Positions 14,425-27,757 of a stretch of DNA of 64,000 nucleotides are shown one piece after another (within the stretch, counting starts at the first letter, position 1; every line of letters starts with the position of its first letter). The stretch covers positions 101,680,001 to 101,744,000 of the forward strand of contig NC_043002.1 in the NCBI RefSeq assembly GCF_006345805.1, in the 5' to 3' direction. A program made the translations under genes and the position numbers. Origin of the DNA: Octopus sinensis (lineage: Eukaryota). The notes below the pieces were generated by a model, which made no database searches, was not told the DNA's origin, and saw nothing but the letters and a program-made list of their open reading frames with translations.

Positions 14425-14745
14425 ACAAAGTATTTTAGTTATTTACATTTGATGTCCTCATCTTGTTTGTTGTTAACATAACGTTTCAGCTGATATAACG
14501 TTTCAGCCTTCATCAGGTGTCTTGGGGAAATTTCGAACCTGGGTTCTCATTCCTAGGGTAATTTTCGATGTTGTTGTTGTTGTTATTCAGGTCACTGGCG
14601 GGAATCGAAACTCAGAATCTTGGCCTTAGTAGCCCGCGCTCTTAACCACTACGCTCACTTTGTCATATGTCCGTGGGCGTGGTGGTTAAGAGCGCGGGCT
14701 ATTAACCCCAAGATTCCGAGTTCGATTCCAAGCAGTGACTTGAAC

Positions 14746-14795
<50 letters not shown>

Positions 14796-14990
14796 CTTAG
14801 GAATGGGAACCCACGTTCGAAATTTTCCCAAGACACCTGATGAAGGTTGGAGGGTATATCAGCCGAAACATTGTTTTAACAACAAACAAGATGAGGACAA
14901 ATATCCACCTAAAGTAAATAATATAAATAATGAAATAATGTACATAATTCCTCATCTCTTAAATATAGAGCTGAACAAAGTATTTTATTG
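14425..14990. mobile_element. Head-to-head pair of tRNA-headed SINEs with (AAT)n linker and Penelope-type hammerhead tail
   Basis: Arms 14425-14658 (-) and 14673-14990 (+), 14-nt spacer; A/B boxes tggtggttaag/gagttcgattcc; tail CTGATGA-AGGYTG...CAGCC-GAAAC. Confidence 0.75.
14833..14876 (+). ncRNA. Degenerate minimal type I hammerhead in SINE tail
   Basis: acac-CTGATGA-a-GGTTG...CAGCC-GAAACATT; helix III palindrome ACGT mutated in this copy. Confidence 0.45.
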
Positions 14991-15589
14991 AACATATAAC
15001 TTCAACTGGGACAAAGAATACAGGTATATATTTTCATGAACATAGCAAAAGATATGTGGACCGATAATTAATGTCGAGCTGTATGGTACCAGCAAACTTG
15101 CGTCCGGTACCTCTACGATGTAGGACGCTTCTGTTACAAACATCATGTCTATTTGTATATCTAACGTTATAGTGTTATGTTATTGACTATGTTGTATCTC
15201 GACAGTGTCATTATGTCCATTATAATCACACGCATTTGTTCTATTTCACGTATTTATTACTTATCGATAGGTTAATTATTTTTCTTATTAATAAATCGAT
15301 ATTGTTGGATTTAGCATTCGGTCAATCAATCAGCTAACATTGTATCGGTTCTTTCATTGTTCTCCTCCGCAACCTCTGCGATGACATTTTAATCAATTGA
15401 TGAATAAGAAAGTAGAGAAATAGAACCAATGCGCGTGTTTATTATTAGCATAATGACCCAACCGGATACGAATTCAATTTCAAAACACGAATTCATATGA
15501 AGGATCTTGAAAACTGAATACGATATAAATATATTTTTTTGTTGAAGACAATAAGGTATGATTTGAAATAAGTTTGTTGCTGTTTGTAG

Positions 15590-15680
15590 TCGGTTAAATG
15601 AAAACGTTGAAGCTGAGATACAGGGTGAACAAAAAAATGCTGAGTTGTTAGTCCAGAAGTTACGCACATTGTTAACTCTG
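15590..15680 (+). CDS. Isolated exon candidate (RLNENVEAEIQGEQKNAELLVQKLRTLLTL)
   Basis: ttgttgctgtttgtag acceptor, CTG|gtaaat donor, helical-looking open frame. Confidence 0.33.
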
Positions 15681-16868
15681 GTAAATTATCTTATCAAATA
15701 CAATGCCTTTTCAAAAAAAAAAAAAATAACAAAAACTAAAACAATCTCACCTCATATATGTTCCTTAAATATTTAGTTTTCTTGAAATTTATGATTAAAT
15801 ACTGCAAGATATGACAATTCTGTTCACCAGAGAATAGACGCAATTATGTGCTATTATCAATAAATATTTAAACATTTTCTTCTTTACGGTGTTTGACAAA
15901 TTTCAGCTTTGTTTGTCAAATTGGTGATCGCTCGTGTGTAATGATCATTAAAAACATTTTTTATTTTATTTTATAATTTCGAAATTTTTGTTTATTCTGT
16001 CTGCTATCTAAAAATTCCCAAATTAAGTTATAAAACGAGTTTCAAATTAAATATCTGTATGTTTGAACGTGTTTTGTAAACGTTTGCCTGTTTGTTAGTG
16101 TGTGTGTGTCTGTGTGTGTGTGTGAGTATGACCGTTTGTGTATGTCCTTGTATTGTATATAGAACTTGCAAGCGTGACCTGTTTCTGTATTTCATTGTTA
16201 AATTCGAAGACCGTTTGGAATTTTGAATAAGCGATAAAATGAAGTGCAGCTTGTGTTGGTAAGAACACACAACCACACACACACGCACATTCTCTCTCTC
16301 CATCTCATACATACACTCTCTCTCATACATACACTCTCTCTCATACATACACTCTCTCTCATACACACACTAACACAAACAAACAAACTTATAACATTTC
16401 ATTACACAAACATCAGATAATTTAAACGAAAAACACTCGGATTACTAACTGAAAGAACAAGAATGTGAGACTCGGAACACTGATAATTAGAGCGTGCCTT
16501 TTAGTTATGATGCGTTAAAGAATATTGTCACGTATATACATATGTACATGTGCCTACGTAAATATATAAATATATCCGTAGTTAGGCGAAGCACATACCC
16601 TGAGCATTGATATTCAAATCCTAAATCCACATCAAATGGTTGCTACAGCCTGCCGATTCCTGAGAATCTGTAAGATGGAGATGAGGGAAGTGAATGTTTT
16701 GTATGCATCCATAAAACACCACAGTCAAGTCACAACTGCTGAAGTGTACCACTGAGTTTTTGTCTGTTCGTCTCCCCTCGAGATGGTCTTATCTTTTTAT
16801 GACTTTATTTTAAATGATATACAATAGTACCTCGCTTCACGAACGTCTCTGATCACGAATATATCGAG

Positions 16869-16908
<40 letters not shown>

Positions 16909-17075
16909 GTTGTATACTGTCAATCTAACAAGAACGTGACAGTAGGGGGTACACCACCGCTGTATAGCCCTAGGAAGCATCGAACGCCTCCTGATAGCTT
17001 TGACACATTTTTTCCCTGTGTCCTTATATACCATATACGAAGGGGAGACAAACACCCCCGGCTGCCGGAACTGCA

Positions 17076-17121
17076 TCTAGGGACACCATGTTTCAGGATC
17101 GTTGGTCTTCATCGGCCTAGA
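17076..17121 (-). ncRNA. Hammerhead copy with damaged helix II
   Basis: tctagg-CCGATGA-AGAC caacga TCCT-GAAA-CATGGTG-TC-cctaga. Confidence 0.5.
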
Positions 17122-17206
17122 GTAGCAGTGAATAAACTTCACTGAATATAGGTATATACAATTACGAAGTCGAGGCAAATATCACCAGCTGACCGGTGTC
17201 TGCTAC

Positions 17207-17242
17207 TCTAGGCCGACGATCCTGAAACACGGTGTCCCTAGA
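17207..17242 (+). pseudogene. Dead hammerhead copy, 10-nt core deletion
   Basis: TGAAGGACAA is missing between two CGA microhomologies. Confidence 0.75.
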
Positions 17243-17560
17243 TGCAGTTCCGGCAGCCGGGGGTATTTGTCTCCCCTTCGTATATGTATATAAGGACACA
17301 GGGAAAAATGTGTCAAAGCTATCAGGAGGCGTTCGATGCTTCCTAGGGCTATACAGCGGTGGTGTACCCCCTACTGTCACGTTCTTGTTAGATTGACAGT
17401 ATACAACCATTCTATCGCCCCACCACCGTACATGTCTCTACGAGAGATTTAGAAATTCAATATTTCTTATTTTGATAATCAGTGAATAAACTTCACTGAA
17501 TATAGATATATAGAATTACGAAACCGAGGCAAATATCACGAGCTGACCGGTGTCTGCTAC

Positions 17561-17606
17561 TCTAGGCCGATGAAGGACAACGATCCTGAAACACGGTGTC
17601 CCTAGA
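17561..17606 (+). ncRNA. Type I hammerhead ribozyme, U4C core variant, GUC site (cleavage predicted after 17600)
   Basis: TCTAGG/CCTAGA helix I; core CCGATGA; AGGA-caacga-TCCT; GAAA; ACAC-G-GTGT quasi-palindromic helix III. Confidence 0.78.
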
Positions 17607-17703
17607 TGCAGTTCCGGCAGCCGGGGGTGTTTGTCTCCCCTTCGTATGTGTCCTTATAACATATACGAAGGGGAGACAAACACCCCCGGCTGCCGGAACT
17701 GCA

Positions 17704-17749
17704 TCTAGGGACACCGTGTTTCAGGATCGTTGTCCTTCATCGGCCTAGA
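17704..17749 (-). ncRNA. Type I hammerhead ribozyme, U4C core variant (inverted twin of 17561-17606)
   Basis: Exact reverse complement of the + copy. Confidence 0.78.
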
Positions 17750-18200
17750 GTAGCAGACACCGGTCAGCTCGTGATATTTGCCTCGGTTTCGTAATTCTAT
17801 ATATCTATATTCAGTGAAGTTTATTCACTGATTATCAAAATAAGAAATATTGAATTTCTAAATCTCTCGTAGAGACATGTACGGTGGTGGGGCGATAGAA
17901 TGGTTGTATACTGTCAATCTAACAAGAACGTGACAGTAGGGGGTACACCGCGCTGTATAGCCCTAGGAAGCTTTGACACATTTTTCCCTTGGGAAAAATG
18001 TGTCAAAGCTATCAGGAGGCGTTCGATGCTTCCTAGGGCTATACAGCGGTGGTGTACCCCCTACTGTCACGTTCTTGTTAGATTGACAGTATACAACCAT
18101 TCTAACGCCCCACCACCGTACATGTCTCCACGAGAGATTTAGAAATTCAATATTTCTTATATATATATACATATATTATATATATATATATATTATATAT

Positions 18201-18505
18201 ATCACGTGATCACCTGACCGACCAGACCATCAGATGTTGCTACACATCGCTGGTCACAATGCGTTCGCATTGCTTTAGCATTCGAATGACGCCACCCCGC
18301 TGACTAAGCAACCAGGTCAACAGACGAAAGAGTGAGAGAAAGGGTGGTGAAAGAGTACAGCAGGGATCACCACCCCCTGCCGGAGACTCGTGGAGCTTTC
18401 AGGTGTTTTCGCTCAATAAACACTCACAACGCCCGGTCTGGGAATCGAAACCGCGTTCCTACGACCGCGAGTCAGCTGCCCTAACCACTGGGCCATTGCG
18501 CCTCC
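18201..18505 (-). mobile_element. tRNA-derived SINE family 3
   Basis: Minus-strand head ggaggcgcaatggcccagtggttagggcag...ggtttcgattccc; homologous copy at 63073-63377. Confidence 0.85.
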
Positions 18506-18519
18506 GTGTATATATATAT

Positions 18520-18933
18520 ATATATTGCCTACCTATCTACAACTGCTTAACCTCCCAAGCTAACCCGTTATATCTCTCGACTTTTCTTTCTTCCTTATCA
18601 CATACCTTGTATTCAGCTGGGCATGCTATAACTATGATCCAGCATCTTTTGCTTTCTTTCTCAATTAAGACTATTTCTAGCTTCCTATTCTCAATCTCAT
18701 GGTCGCAATGAATCAAAATCTCATAGGATCTTCGCATTTCTACTTTTGACAATGCCTTCTGGTTTGTGGTCGTACCAATTTTTTGCTATGTCAAGTCTAT
18801 ACTTGTTGCAAAGTGTCCAATGGACAATCCTGGCTATATTGTCGTGGCATCTCTTATATTCCTTCTGGGCTAGTGGCGTACATTGGCTGGTAATATGCCA
18901 TACGGTTTCATCGTTTTGTCGACAAATACTGCA

Positions 18934-18982
<49 letters not shown>

Positions 18983-20610
18983 ATTTCATCGTAGATTTTG
19001 TTGGAACTCCTGGAGTCTTCCATGCGTAGCGGGGACTTGCTGCCTGCAACCTCTGGTATCATACTTTCGGTTCTTTTAATCTATCTAAAACTTTCCTGAT
19101 TATTCTGGCCGTTCCAAGGATCAAAACCTTTTGTAACATTTCTACTGGGCACTCTATTCCAATTTCCTTGATATGCCTCCTGATTCCTTCTGATACTGTC
19201 CCCAAGAATAATTGGCATTATCTTCACCTTCTTTATTTTCCATAGCCGCGCTATTTCGTATTTTAAAGCGTTGTCTTTATTTAATTTTTTTCTTTTATTC
19301 CTCTAGTGTACGCTAATTCTGTTAGCAAATAGTATATGGTGAGGGTCGGGTGATAACAAGACTACTAAATTCTAAAGAATTTCTTTGAGAATTTTTGCAG
19401 AATTTGGGATGGTACTCTACTTTTCTGCCGGTTGACAATACGAGTTTCAATTTCAATTTCTTTCTATCTGTTAGGTAGCATTTTTTGTTGTTGTGCCAAG
19501 TGCACCAATTCCAACAGGAATAATGGTTGTCTTGATCTCCCACAATATCCTCTGATATCTGGCTTGATCCTGATATTTCTGAACTTTTTAAATTTCTTTT
19601 CTATCAACTCTACAATCGTAGGAAATTGCAAAATATATGACCTAGCATTGTTTGTTTATTTTTTACTCTATCATGACTTTTGGTCTTTTTGCCTCAGGAG
19701 CATAGGGTCAGACTGTACGGTGAAAACCCACAGGATCTTGTAATTCTCAGTTTCTATTACAATATCCGGTTTGTGTACATACTGTATTTCTTTTGTTTTG
19801 ATGCTACATACTCGGCTAACATCCTTATGAACTAGTTTACCTGCACAGTCATTTCTACCCTTATACTCTTTTTGCGCTAGCATACTGCACTCACTCAAAA
19901 TGCGATTGATACTCTCGTCTTCTTTCCTGCAGTTTCTACATTTGCTATCTCACTGACATTTGTCGATCGTTATCGTTTCCAGATTGGCTCCAAGGGTTTG
20001 TTTATTTGCGGCTAAAAATAACGATCTTTTTGCCTTACATTTCCCGTCCGTCAACCACAGCGAGCGATCATCACTTCCAACATTCTAGGTTTGTTGTATG
20101 AATTGTCCATACAGTTTCATTTCTTTTCAGTTGTTCATTCTGTTATTCTTTCATTCTTCTTTGAATTATCCTACTGTTTCACTCACGATCTGGGCATCTC
20201 TGGCAGCCGAAACTATTCTTTCTCTACTCTGCACAACATAATTTTTTCAGACCCAGTTCCACAGTACCAAAAGGGTATTTTTTGTTTAGTATTCCTTTAC
20301 CACATTCCTGTTATGGCAGTCAGAGGCGTCGGTCGGTATTACATTTGGGGTGGAGTACTTTGCGCATTGTTAGCAGGTTTCTGGTTCTTCGAAATTCTGC
20401 AGCTCCATTTTTATCTATTTCAGAAAGGGACCATAGAATCACAATACTGTCGTTGCCCATGTATGTCTGGCCCTAATGATGTTTCTTCCATTAACATTGT
20501 TTTTAGTATCTTTCTAATTCTCCAATTGTACTCTCTTGTGGCTTTCTCTCTCGTTTCTCTTTCCATTATTTTACCGTCTTGTTGCACCCCTACTTATTTC
20601 TATCCCTCAT
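18520..20610 (-). mobile_element. Cluster of Dong/R4-clade (RLE-type) LINE remnants associated with (TAA)n
   Basis: CSICRQNDETVWHITSQCTPLAQKEYKRCHDNIARIVHW (CCHC), KPDIVIE, and LLTMRKVLHPKCNTDR thumb-like motifs; multiple stops and frameshifts. Confidence 0.8.
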
Positions 20611-20716
20611 TATTCCAATGCAATCTAATGGTGTCGTCATGTGGCAATATTGTTGTTGTTGTTGTTCTTCTTCTTCTTCTTTCTTCTTTCTTCTTCTACT
20701 TAGTAGTAGTAGTAGT

Positions 20717-21129
20717 GAATCTTTTCGGTTTGAACGACAGTTTTTTCTAGCGGTGTCATATGAAATTGTCACCCATAATTATGACCCTAGTATCGATCTA
20801 TTGCATTTCAATCTGTTTTTGGGCTAGGGTTAGAGATGGGGTGAAGAGTGTCTTTTTTTCTTCATAAATGTAAATAAACCCAATCTGTTCCTTAAACGAG
20901 GGACATATTCATACGGCACTGAATATTTTTACCTCAATAGACGGCAATGATTGGTTGAAATTGCAGAAATTGAAGAAAAACAACAAATATCTTACAAACC
21001 ATAGAATTTTCTCAATAAAGCCAAGAGAAAAAGATGTTTTATAAACACATTCTACCAGTATACGAAGTTTAACATTTTTTAGTTACCTAGAAATTATGTT
21101 AAAAACTGCCGTTCAAACCGAAATGATTC
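20717..21129. mobile_element. MITE with ~29-bp terminal inverted repeats and internal TTAGGG-like tract, inserted in (TAG)n
   Basis: Left gaatcttttcggtttgaacgacagttttt versus reverse complement of right gaatcatttcggtttgaacggcagttttt; second copy at 39422-39822. Confidence 0.8.
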
Positions 21130-21566
21130 GTAGTAGTAGTAGTAGTAGTAGTAGTAGTGTAGTAGTAGTATGACAAACAAATCTCAAGAAAAACCACGAA
21201 AGGAAAGAAGCAGGAAAAGTACAAAACAGAGATTGGTAAACTCCATAATAATCAGAATTGAGAAGAGAAGATTTACAGAAGAGTTTATCTTTGAATATTT
21301 CATAGCAAAAGAGAGTTAAAAAAAAAAAGAGCAAACTGAAAATATGTCGGAAAAAGATCGTCAAACAAACATATGTAAATATAGGTTGGTGATAGCAACT
21401 GGATGTCAATGTCGAAGACAGAGGAATTCCATTTTGTAAAATTGTGTGGGTGTTCGTTACAAATATACACAACTCTCACGCACGCAAGCAGAGACGATCG
21501 CACACACACACGTGTACAGAGACGCACATATGCATCTAATAATTACACACCACACACACACATACA

Positions 21567-21600
<34 letters not shown>

Positions 21601-21759
21601 TAGTATATATATATAATTATATATATATATATATGCCATTTCATTGTTTTAAATCTGTTTCTCCAACACCACTGATTTCACTACCTTTCTGCCATCGAAA
21701 TCACTCTCTCTCTCTTACACTCTCTATTTATACTCACAATATATAACACACACGCACAC

Positions 21760-21868
<109 letters not shown>

Positions 21869-22271
21869 TATATATATATATATGTGCAGATGTTTGTGCG
21901 CGCGTCTGTGTTCATCTCGTATATGTATATATAAATATATGTATGAATATCGAAGTATATGTATGATATACACGTGTTATTATATATATGCGTAAGTGAG
22001 CATATAGATATATGCATTTGCGTAGTATGTATTTAATATATATATATATATATATTTATTTATTTATTTATTCATATATATATATATATGCATGTATGTA
22101 TGTAAATGTGCTAGTGTATCATAGGATCCCACTCGTGACATATTTGTATATTGGCTACAAGGTGATTGGTGGCGCTCATAAATGTACTACATATAATTGA
22201 GCACATAAATTGATATACGGACAGATACATGCACACAAATGTATGCATATCATATATATTAATATATATAT

Positions 22272-22307
<36 letters not shown>

Positions 22308-22509
22308 TACATATTTATATAACATATGTATATATGTTTATATAAACCTATATATGCATATATATTTATATATATATTCGGTATATGTATGTTTATTGAA
22401 ACACAGTTATGTGTATATGTTCGCTTTCATATAATCATATGTATGTATGTATGTAAGGATGTATGTATGTAATATCTAACTATCTCTCTTATATTATAGA
22501 CATATATAT

Positions 22510-22553
<44 letters not shown>

Positions 22554-22699
22554 GTATATCTATGTATATATACATGTATGCATGTCTATGTATATATAAT
22601 GTGTGTATATCAATGTATATATGTGTGTATCTATGTATATTATGTATATATATATGTGTGTGTGTATATCTTTGTATATATATATCTGAATGTTTGTGC

Positions 22700-22755
<56 letters not shown>

Positions 22756-23765
22756 ATATATCTGTATGTGTATGTTTGTGTGTGTATGAAGACGCACACA
22801 CACCCACACATGTATATTAAGAGTATTTGTTATTACTGGACGGATACTAAGATATTAATGATTATTGATGTTTTGCATGGCTTACATTTATTCGAGTTTA
22901 TTTCTGTTTCCATGGTTACGCTCACACACATAAAATAGTATCAACAACAACAACAACAACAACAACATAAATAAAAAAAAAAAACAAAAGACAAGCAGCA
23001 ACAAGAACAACAATAATACAAATGACGGCAAAAGATAAATTCTGTTTATAAATGTACTGAGATGAATGATAAAAAAAAAAATTGATCGATATTTAACAAG
23101 TGTTTGTGTGTTTCTGTAACAGTGTGCGTTTGTGTGTGTGTTCGAGAGCTCCTTTACACACACACACACACACAAATATATATCCATACGTATATACGTA
23201 CATGTATATATTTATATATACATGTGTATATGTATATATATGTATGCATATATATATATATATATATAACATAAAAATATATTTATATATATATATGTGT
23301 ATATGTAACATATGTATATATATATATATATATAATATATATATATATTATATATATACATACATACATATTATATATATATATAAAATATGCTTTATAT
23401 ATACATGTGTATATGTATATATGTGTATGTATATATGTGGGTGCGTATAATATATATATATAAACATAAAAATATATTTTATATATATATGTATATGTAT
23501 ACTTATGTATATATATATATATACATGCGTACCCATGCGTGCTCATGTGTATATAAGCGATATATTGTTCAAACAGTAAAAACATGAATACACACACACA
23601 CGCACACAATATCCTACAATTAGAGTATGTTCATCTATATACGTTTATGCATATATGTGTATGAATCTATACATGTACGCATATATATATGTTCAAGGCA
23701 CACACATATACATGTATGTGCATATGGGTGTGTACACATCCGAACACTCACTCACTCATACACAC

Positions 23766-23798
<33 letters not shown>

Positions 23799-24489
23799 CT
23801 ATATATTATATATATATATAATATATATACACACATACACACATATTTATACATACACAGTGGAAAGAAATGAGAGAGAGCAAGTGAGACGGAGACATAT
23901 ATACGCACATATTCTTTTATATTCATCTATGCATACATGCACACATATATACTCTCAATGCTCTCATACACACACGCGCACGTATTTGAAGATATTTATG
24001 TTTGTATGTATGTATGTATGTATGTATGTACGTATGTTTGTATGTACCTACGTACTGTATTTGATCATTGCACACAAGGGGTGCTGGAAATCATATAAAC
24101 TTTTCATTCTTTTATTTTAAGAACGGACAGACATTATATCGTGAAAATCATGTCCTAATTATTTCGATGTGTACATAACGTGGGGGCCAATCAATCTACA
24201 AAATGCAGTCTCTGTTCTTCCTTTGCTTGGTTACACTTTGGGACATTCTTCTATCAAACGTATTTCTTTGAGGAGGAATATAAAAAAAAACATGCAAAAT
24301 GTAAGACAAAGGAAATAGAACAAGGGGGAGCCAAGAACAAACAGCATTTTGAGAGGGTTAATCTTCGGAGAATATCAAACAAAGCACGATGTCAGTTAGT
24401 CTTTCGGCATATAAAAGACGGGCAAGCTAAAATCGCTGCATTCTATATTACGTGTGTATATATAAATATATATATATATATATTATATT

Positions 24490-24960
24490 AAATTAGAGAT
24501 AAAACCACTATTAGGCAAATCAAACAATGAAAAACTTAAGCCAATACATAAAATTAATTAATTTATATTATTTTAAATATATATCAAAAGTATTAAAAGT
24601 TTAATAAAAGATAATGAGTAAAACACTACGATCGTTTCATGACTGTCTAATTCGTAATAATTCGAGTTATGGTTACAGTCAATCTTCAGGTAATTGAAAT
24701 ATCTAAAATATAATCAGAAATATTTAAACAATATTTTTAAGATATAAATAATATAATAATTTTACTTATAATAAACTCTATTATCAAACTAGAAACATAG
24801 AACGTAACAATTATGATTATATCAAAATCGACTATAATGTTAAATATTAATTTTAATTTATAAGGTAGGAAACCCACCCATAATCCAATATCGGTATTAG
24901 TCTATATCTAATTACATATATATTTTAAAATGACTAATATATATAAATTATCAATGAAAA
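24490..24960. mobile_element. Penelope-type terminal repeat remnant
   Basis: Shares attagaga.aaaaccactatt...caaacaa context and hammerhead with 51650-52100. Confidence 0.55.
24624..24693 (-). ncRNA. Minimal type I hammerhead (Penelope-type), GUA site
   Basis: CTGAAGA-TTGACTGT...ACAGTCAT-GAAA; palindromic helix III ACGATCGT; short helix I. Confidence 0.55.
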
Positions 24961-24984
24961 TATATAAACGTATATATAATATAC

Positions 24985-25141
24985 GACGGGCTTCTTTCAG
25001 TTTCCGTCTACCGAATTCTCTCAAGGCTTTTGTCGGCCGTAGGCTATAGAAGAAAGCACTTGCCCAAGGTGCCACACAGTGGTAATGAACTGGGAAACAT
25101 GTGGTTGGTAAGGAAGCTGCTTACCACACAGCCACACATAC
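24985..25141 (-). mobile_element. SINE family 1, 5' half
   Basis: Reverse complement of the family 1 head region. Confidence 0.75.
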
Positions 25142-25157
25142 GCTTCTCTCTCTTCTC

Positions 25158-25196
<39 letters not shown>

Positions 25197-25267
25197 ATGT
25201 GTGTGTGTGTGTGTGTGTGGCGCGCACTCATGATTTCGCGTGTGTTCGTATATGTATGTAGACACAC

Positions 25268-25300
<33 letters not shown>

Positions 25301-25433
25301 TGTATATACATATATTATATATATGTACACACACATATATAAATATATATATATATAATATATATATATACTATATATAATACAGACAACAAATACTCAC
25401 ATCATATATACATATCTATATAAATAGAGATAG

Positions 25434-25483
<50 letters not shown>

Positions 25484-25879
25484 AGAGATAGATAGGTATT
25501 TGTATGTACTGTCATGAGTGTAAGAGTTCTGCCGATGACGGTGGTGCTGGTGAATGGTATTCTGTAAATAATTCCGACAATGATGGAACGCTAGACAATC
25601 CAGAACAGATATATATACATATTTCTATGTTTATGACTGTAGACGTGTCTTTGGGGAGGGAGTGTAGATATGTGTCTGTGTGAGCACATGATTGTGTTTG
25701 TTGTGTGTGTATTATGTAGTTTGAGAAAGTTTAGAGAGATAAGCAGGCTGATAAAAAAATAAACATAAATACGTAGACGAATGGTCAGACAGATCGAATG
25801 GCCGTTAGAGAAATACAAAACTGGAGCAGCTATATACCCTCGGTAGGTAACCGACAAAAATCAATATCAATAAATATAT

Positions 25880-25947
25880 ATATATGTATATATTTATTTA
25901 CATGGATATATATATATATGTATGTTATATAGATGTATATATATATA

Positions 25948-26006
<59 letters not shown>

Positions 26007-26063
26007 TATATTTATATGTATATATATAAATGTATATTTATAGGATATATATATATAGATATT

Positions 26064-26118
<55 letters not shown>

Positions 26119-26560
26119 ATGTATAATTTATATATATATATATGTATATTTATATATATTTATAGGTATATATTTATATGTATATATATATATATATATA
26201 TTTATTTATTTATAATATATACATATATATGTATATATATATGATATATATTTATTTATAAATATATATATATATTTATTTATAAATATATATTATTTAT
26301 TTATTTATAAATATATATATATATTTATTTATTTATAATATATATATATATATTTATTTATTTATAACTATATATATATATATTTATTATAAATATATTA
26401 TTTTTTATTTATTTATAAATATATATATATTATTATTTATTTATTTATAAATATATATATATACATTTATAAATATCTATATTATTTTGTTTATTTATGA
26501 ATATATACATATACATATATATGTCATATAAATACATACATATATATATATTTATTTATA
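25880..26560. repeat. Almost pure A/T low-complexity tract
   Basis: Direct inspection. Confidence 0.95.
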
Positions 26561-27066
26561 AATATATACATATACATATATATATATATATATATATACA
26601 CATACATACATATATGTTTAAGTATACGTCTATGTATATATCTATAATTGATTTTATATAACTATATTCACATGAATATATGTATATACGTATATACATA
26701 AAAACATAAATATATACATATATATGCATGTACAAATACATGTGTATACATGAATATACTTGTGTGTGCGCGCGCGTGTGTGTGTGTGTAAAAAGTATCT
26801 CCAAACATATACAAGAATTTTATACTCAGGCAAATAGAAATTCTTACACCTATTCTTTGCTATCCCAAGTTATATGTTATATGTAATCCCCTATGATCTG
26901 TATTGTGTTTATGTATCAATGAGTGTGTGTGGGTGTTAGTGTGACTATATGCTTGTGTATATGTGTGCATGCATGCATAAATATATTAAAATTAGATATA
27001 CACATGTATAAACTCATACGTATATGAATAATCCCCATTTACATGCATAGTATACACACACACCAC

Positions 27067-27158
<92 letters not shown>

Positions 27159-27188
27159 TTATTTTCCATAGCATTTTTCCGATGGCCG

Positions 27189-27249
27189 GATAACTGAAGA
27201 GATGGCGGCGTGGATTTCCATCCCGTCATCCGAAACTCGGAGTTTTATC
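27189..27249 (+). ncRNA. Orphan type I hammerhead candidate, canonical CUGAAGA core, GUU site
   Basis: GATAA/TTATC helix I; GATGGCGG/CCGTCATC helix II plus one extra C; GAAA; ACTC-G-GAGT helix III. Confidence 0.55.
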
Positions 27250-27368
27250 AGGGCTACCGAGTAATTATCACATATTACATTTACAAATATATATATATAT
27301 ATACATGTACGTACGTACGTATATGTATATATATACATGCGTATATATCTATCTTTATATATATATAT

Positions 27369-27757
27369 ACAGCAGTATCGTCCGGCGTTGCTCGGGTTTG
27401 TAAGGGAAATAACTATATAAGCATTTTTAGAGAGTTATAGCAAAAAAAAGCCAAAAAATGCATTAAAAATGGAAAAAAATGATGGTAATTTTTTAAAAAA
27501 TCGTTGACACATCGTAGACATTTTTAGAGAGTTACTTCCCTTATATAATAGCGAAAAAATGCATTAAAATGGAAAAAAATTATGGTAAATTTTTTTTAAA
27601 TAGTAGACTCATCGTAGACGCGCGCTAATACCCAGAAGGCTCGATATGAATCACGACTATAAGATACCCGTTTTGGTTAAACTGCATCGCAAAATGTGGG
27701 AGTAGTTAGGATCTAAATCGTAGAACAGACACAGAACTTCACTTTTATATATAAAGA
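27369..27757 (-). mobile_element. Non-autonomous Helitron
   Basis: Reverse complement of 48541-48938; 5' TC start, 3' cccgagcaacgccgg hairpin and degenerate CTAG end. Confidence 0.8.

Larger units (their letters stand above)
16903..18158. mobile_element. Retrozyme-like locus: ~364-nt hammerhead unit in alternating orientation (-,+,-,+), flanked by (TA)n
   Basis: Period 354 nt plus a 10-nt deletion between cagtgaataaac copies at 17127 and 17481; inversion points near 17126, 17655 and 17990. Confidence 0.88.

Noticed and set aside
14673-14745. tRNA genes at SINE heads (also 5669, 11755, 18440-18505, 47852, 50803, 63310-63377)
   Set aside because: A/B boxes are present, but no complete cloverleaf or acceptor stem; each continues into a repeated SINE body
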